Assembly: GCA_964424775.1 (NCBI GenBank)
Contig: CAYRJZ010000006.1
Location: 1 to 57,757 of the forward strand
Direction of reading: 5' to 3'
From: an uncultured Gammaproteobacteria bacterium
GTDB lineage: Bacteria; Patescibacteriota; Microgenomatia; Levybacterales; UBA12049
DNA: 57,757 nucleotides
Part shown: one piece after another, positions 56,424 to 57,757 of the stretch
Layout of the letters: each line of letters begins with the position of its first letter
Position numbering within the stretch: position 1 is the first letter of the stretch
Notes under the pieces: model-generated
The model's input: only the letters and a program-made list of their open reading frames with translations
What the model was told of the DNA's origin: nothing
Database searches by the model: none
Made by a program: the position numbers and the translations under genes

Positions 56424-57087
56424 TTCCCTCAGCCTGCATTTTTCGTGCACAGCCTGGAAATTGTGTAAAAATACTTGACCTCTGAAGGAGTCGCTGAACA
56501 GCATCGATTTGTACCTCAAGAGGCGCAAGATCGGCTCGAGCGTACCCAGTATTCATACTATTCCACGTAGGAATGGAGAACTGAAAAGCTCCATAATAAC
56601 CATTTCCAGAATTTCTATTTGCAGTCATTCCAGACTCACATTGACCAAGATAGGCAATTTGTGCATCAGTTAATACTTTCACTCCTGATATAGGAACTAC
56701 TTGCTGAGGCTGCTCTGCCTGTATTGTATTTACTTGAACAACAGGAATTTCAGGTATAACAACAGGTACACGAGATTTGAGTTCGTCTTTCAATTCCTCA
56801 AATTCAATCTTACCTTCACGAATTTTCAGACGAGTACCGATCTCAAGTGTTTGAGGAAGCTCAATGCTGTCATTATCATTCCATAAAAGAGTCCAAAAGT
56901 CTTCACTGCCATATTGCTCATAAGCAATAGACATAAGGGTATCTCCTTCTTTTACCACAACATATCTCTCTTCTTTTACAGGTGTAGAAGTTGTGTTCTG
57001 CATGGAAGCAGAAGGTGAATAAGTCGCACTAAGGGACGCAGAAAAGGCGACGAGTGGCATTAAGCCTTGAAGTATGGTATTGACCAT
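56416..57087 (-). CDS. LysM plus Rpf-like transglycosylase protein (start probably ATG 57087)
   Basis: YVVVKEGDTLMSIAYEQYG LysM; CESG, GNGYYGAFQF..TW, A...Q and C-terminal PGC Rpf motifs. Confidence 0.88.
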   Translation of the reverse strand: MVNTILQGLMPLVAFSASLSATYSPSASMQNTTSTPVKEERYVVVKEGDTLMSIAYEQYGSEDFWTLLWNDNDSIELPQTLEIGTRLKIREGKIEFEELKDELKSRVPVVIPEIPVVQVNTIQAEQPQQVVPISGVKVLTDAQIAYLGQCESGMTANRNSGNGYYGAFQFSIPTWNSMNTGYARADLAPLEVQIDAVQRLLQRSSIFTQFPGCARKMQAEGII

Positions 57088-57208
57088 ATACGAAAAATGC
57101 TCCTTTCGGAGCAATATAGATCCTATAGTACCATATTTAGCTTAACTTGTCAAGTTTGGATTGATTTTACAATATAATTTGAAGGGGAGAATATATTTAT
57201 CTCTACTG

Positions 57209-57281
57209 TGCCGAGGGTCAGAGTCGAACTGACATAGCCTGTTCTTCAGACAGGTGCCTTGACCACCTTGGCTACCGCGGC
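57209..57281 (-). tRNA. tRNA-Phe(GAA), no encoded CCA
   Basis: CCTGT-CTGAAGA-ACAGG anticodon arm; C5:U68 mismatch in acceptor stem. Confidence 0.9.
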
Positions 57282-57399
57282 ACAGTACAGACAAAGTCAT
57301 TGCATTATACATAATCAAAAAGGGGGGAGGCAAGTCTTCCTTCTCACCAAATCCTTACTCTTTACTCATGTGATTCACAAGCTGTACAATAATACTTAC

Positions 57400-57651
57400 A
57401 TGGTGACACTTCAAAATATATTTTACGTCATGGCTATTGTTTTTATGAGCCTGGGAAGCATACTACTCATAGTCATCGCTGTGCTTCTTATTACGCTTCG
57501 CAATAAAGTAACTGATCTCCACGCAACTATTGATAAAAAGATCCATGATCTCTCCGATGCAGTATCGGATCCTTCTGCACTCGCTGCATCAGTAGGTACA
57601 AAAGTTGCAAATGCTGCAATTAATAAAGTAAAAAGCTCTCTCAAAAAATAA
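57400..57651 (+). CDS. Small single-TM coiled-coil protein (start ATG 57400)
   Basis: TM followed by amphipathic helix; longer track ORF overlaps tRNA-Phe. Confidence 0.6.
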   Translation: MVTLQNIFYVMAIVFMSLGSILLIVIAVLLITLRNKVTDLHATIDKKIHDLSDAVSDPSALAASVGTKVANAAINKVKSSLKK

Positions 57652-57663
57652 CCTTTCTCCCAT

Positions 57664-57694
57664 AAAAAAACTCCCACTATTCATAGGAGTTTTT
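57664..57694. terminator. Bidirectional terminator
   Basis: AAAACTCC...GGAGTTTT between a convergent CDS and tRNA-Val. Confidence 0.6.
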
Positions 57695-57698
57695 AATG

Positions 57699-57757
57699 TG
57701 GACGCTGAGGGATTTGAACCCCCGACCTACTCGGTGTAAACGAGCCGCTCTAGCCAG
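57699..57757 (-). tRNA. tRNA-Val(UAC), 5' end cut by window edge
   Basis: CTCG-TTTACAC-CGAG anticodon arm; canonical T arm. Confidence 0.92.

Noticed and set aside
1-57757. CRISPR array, rRNA, integrase/transposase or prophage genes
   Set aside because: No regularly spaced direct repeats, rRNA-like sequence, or recombinase or phage structural motifs seen.

Overview
Low-GC, gene-dense bacterial window. The mix of isolated tRNAs (mostly without encoded CCA), near-leaderless genes, sortase, DUF2079/GT-C membrane proteins, a lexA-dinB cassette and few biosynthetic genes suggests a CPR/Patescibacteria (Microgenomates-like) chromosome; this is inference, not a database result. It holds about 60 CDS, 10 tRNA genes (all on the minus strand) and a SAM-I/IV-type riboswitch before metK. 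Two systems stand out. (1) At 26.1-35.6 kb, two convergent operons encode four paralogous secreted Asn/Gly/Thr/Asp-rich repeat proteins (curli/Fap-like beta-solenoid candidates), an LPATG-anchored paralog, a sortase and an RTX-repeat protein. Both operons start with a sigma70 promoter, the same 21-nt motif (AGCYGACCGTMARCGGAGGCA) and leader terminators, next to a YezD/DUF2292-like small gene, suggesting a surface-fibre system under antitermination control. (2) At 17.5-17.9 kb, a minimal GIY-YIG gene sits between a duplicated 5' end of tRNA-Leu(UAA) and the intact tRNA. The upstream copy is interrupted by a perfect 20-bp palindrome, and the nuclease stop codon lies inside the tRNA. All family assignments are by eye from motifs; no searches were run.
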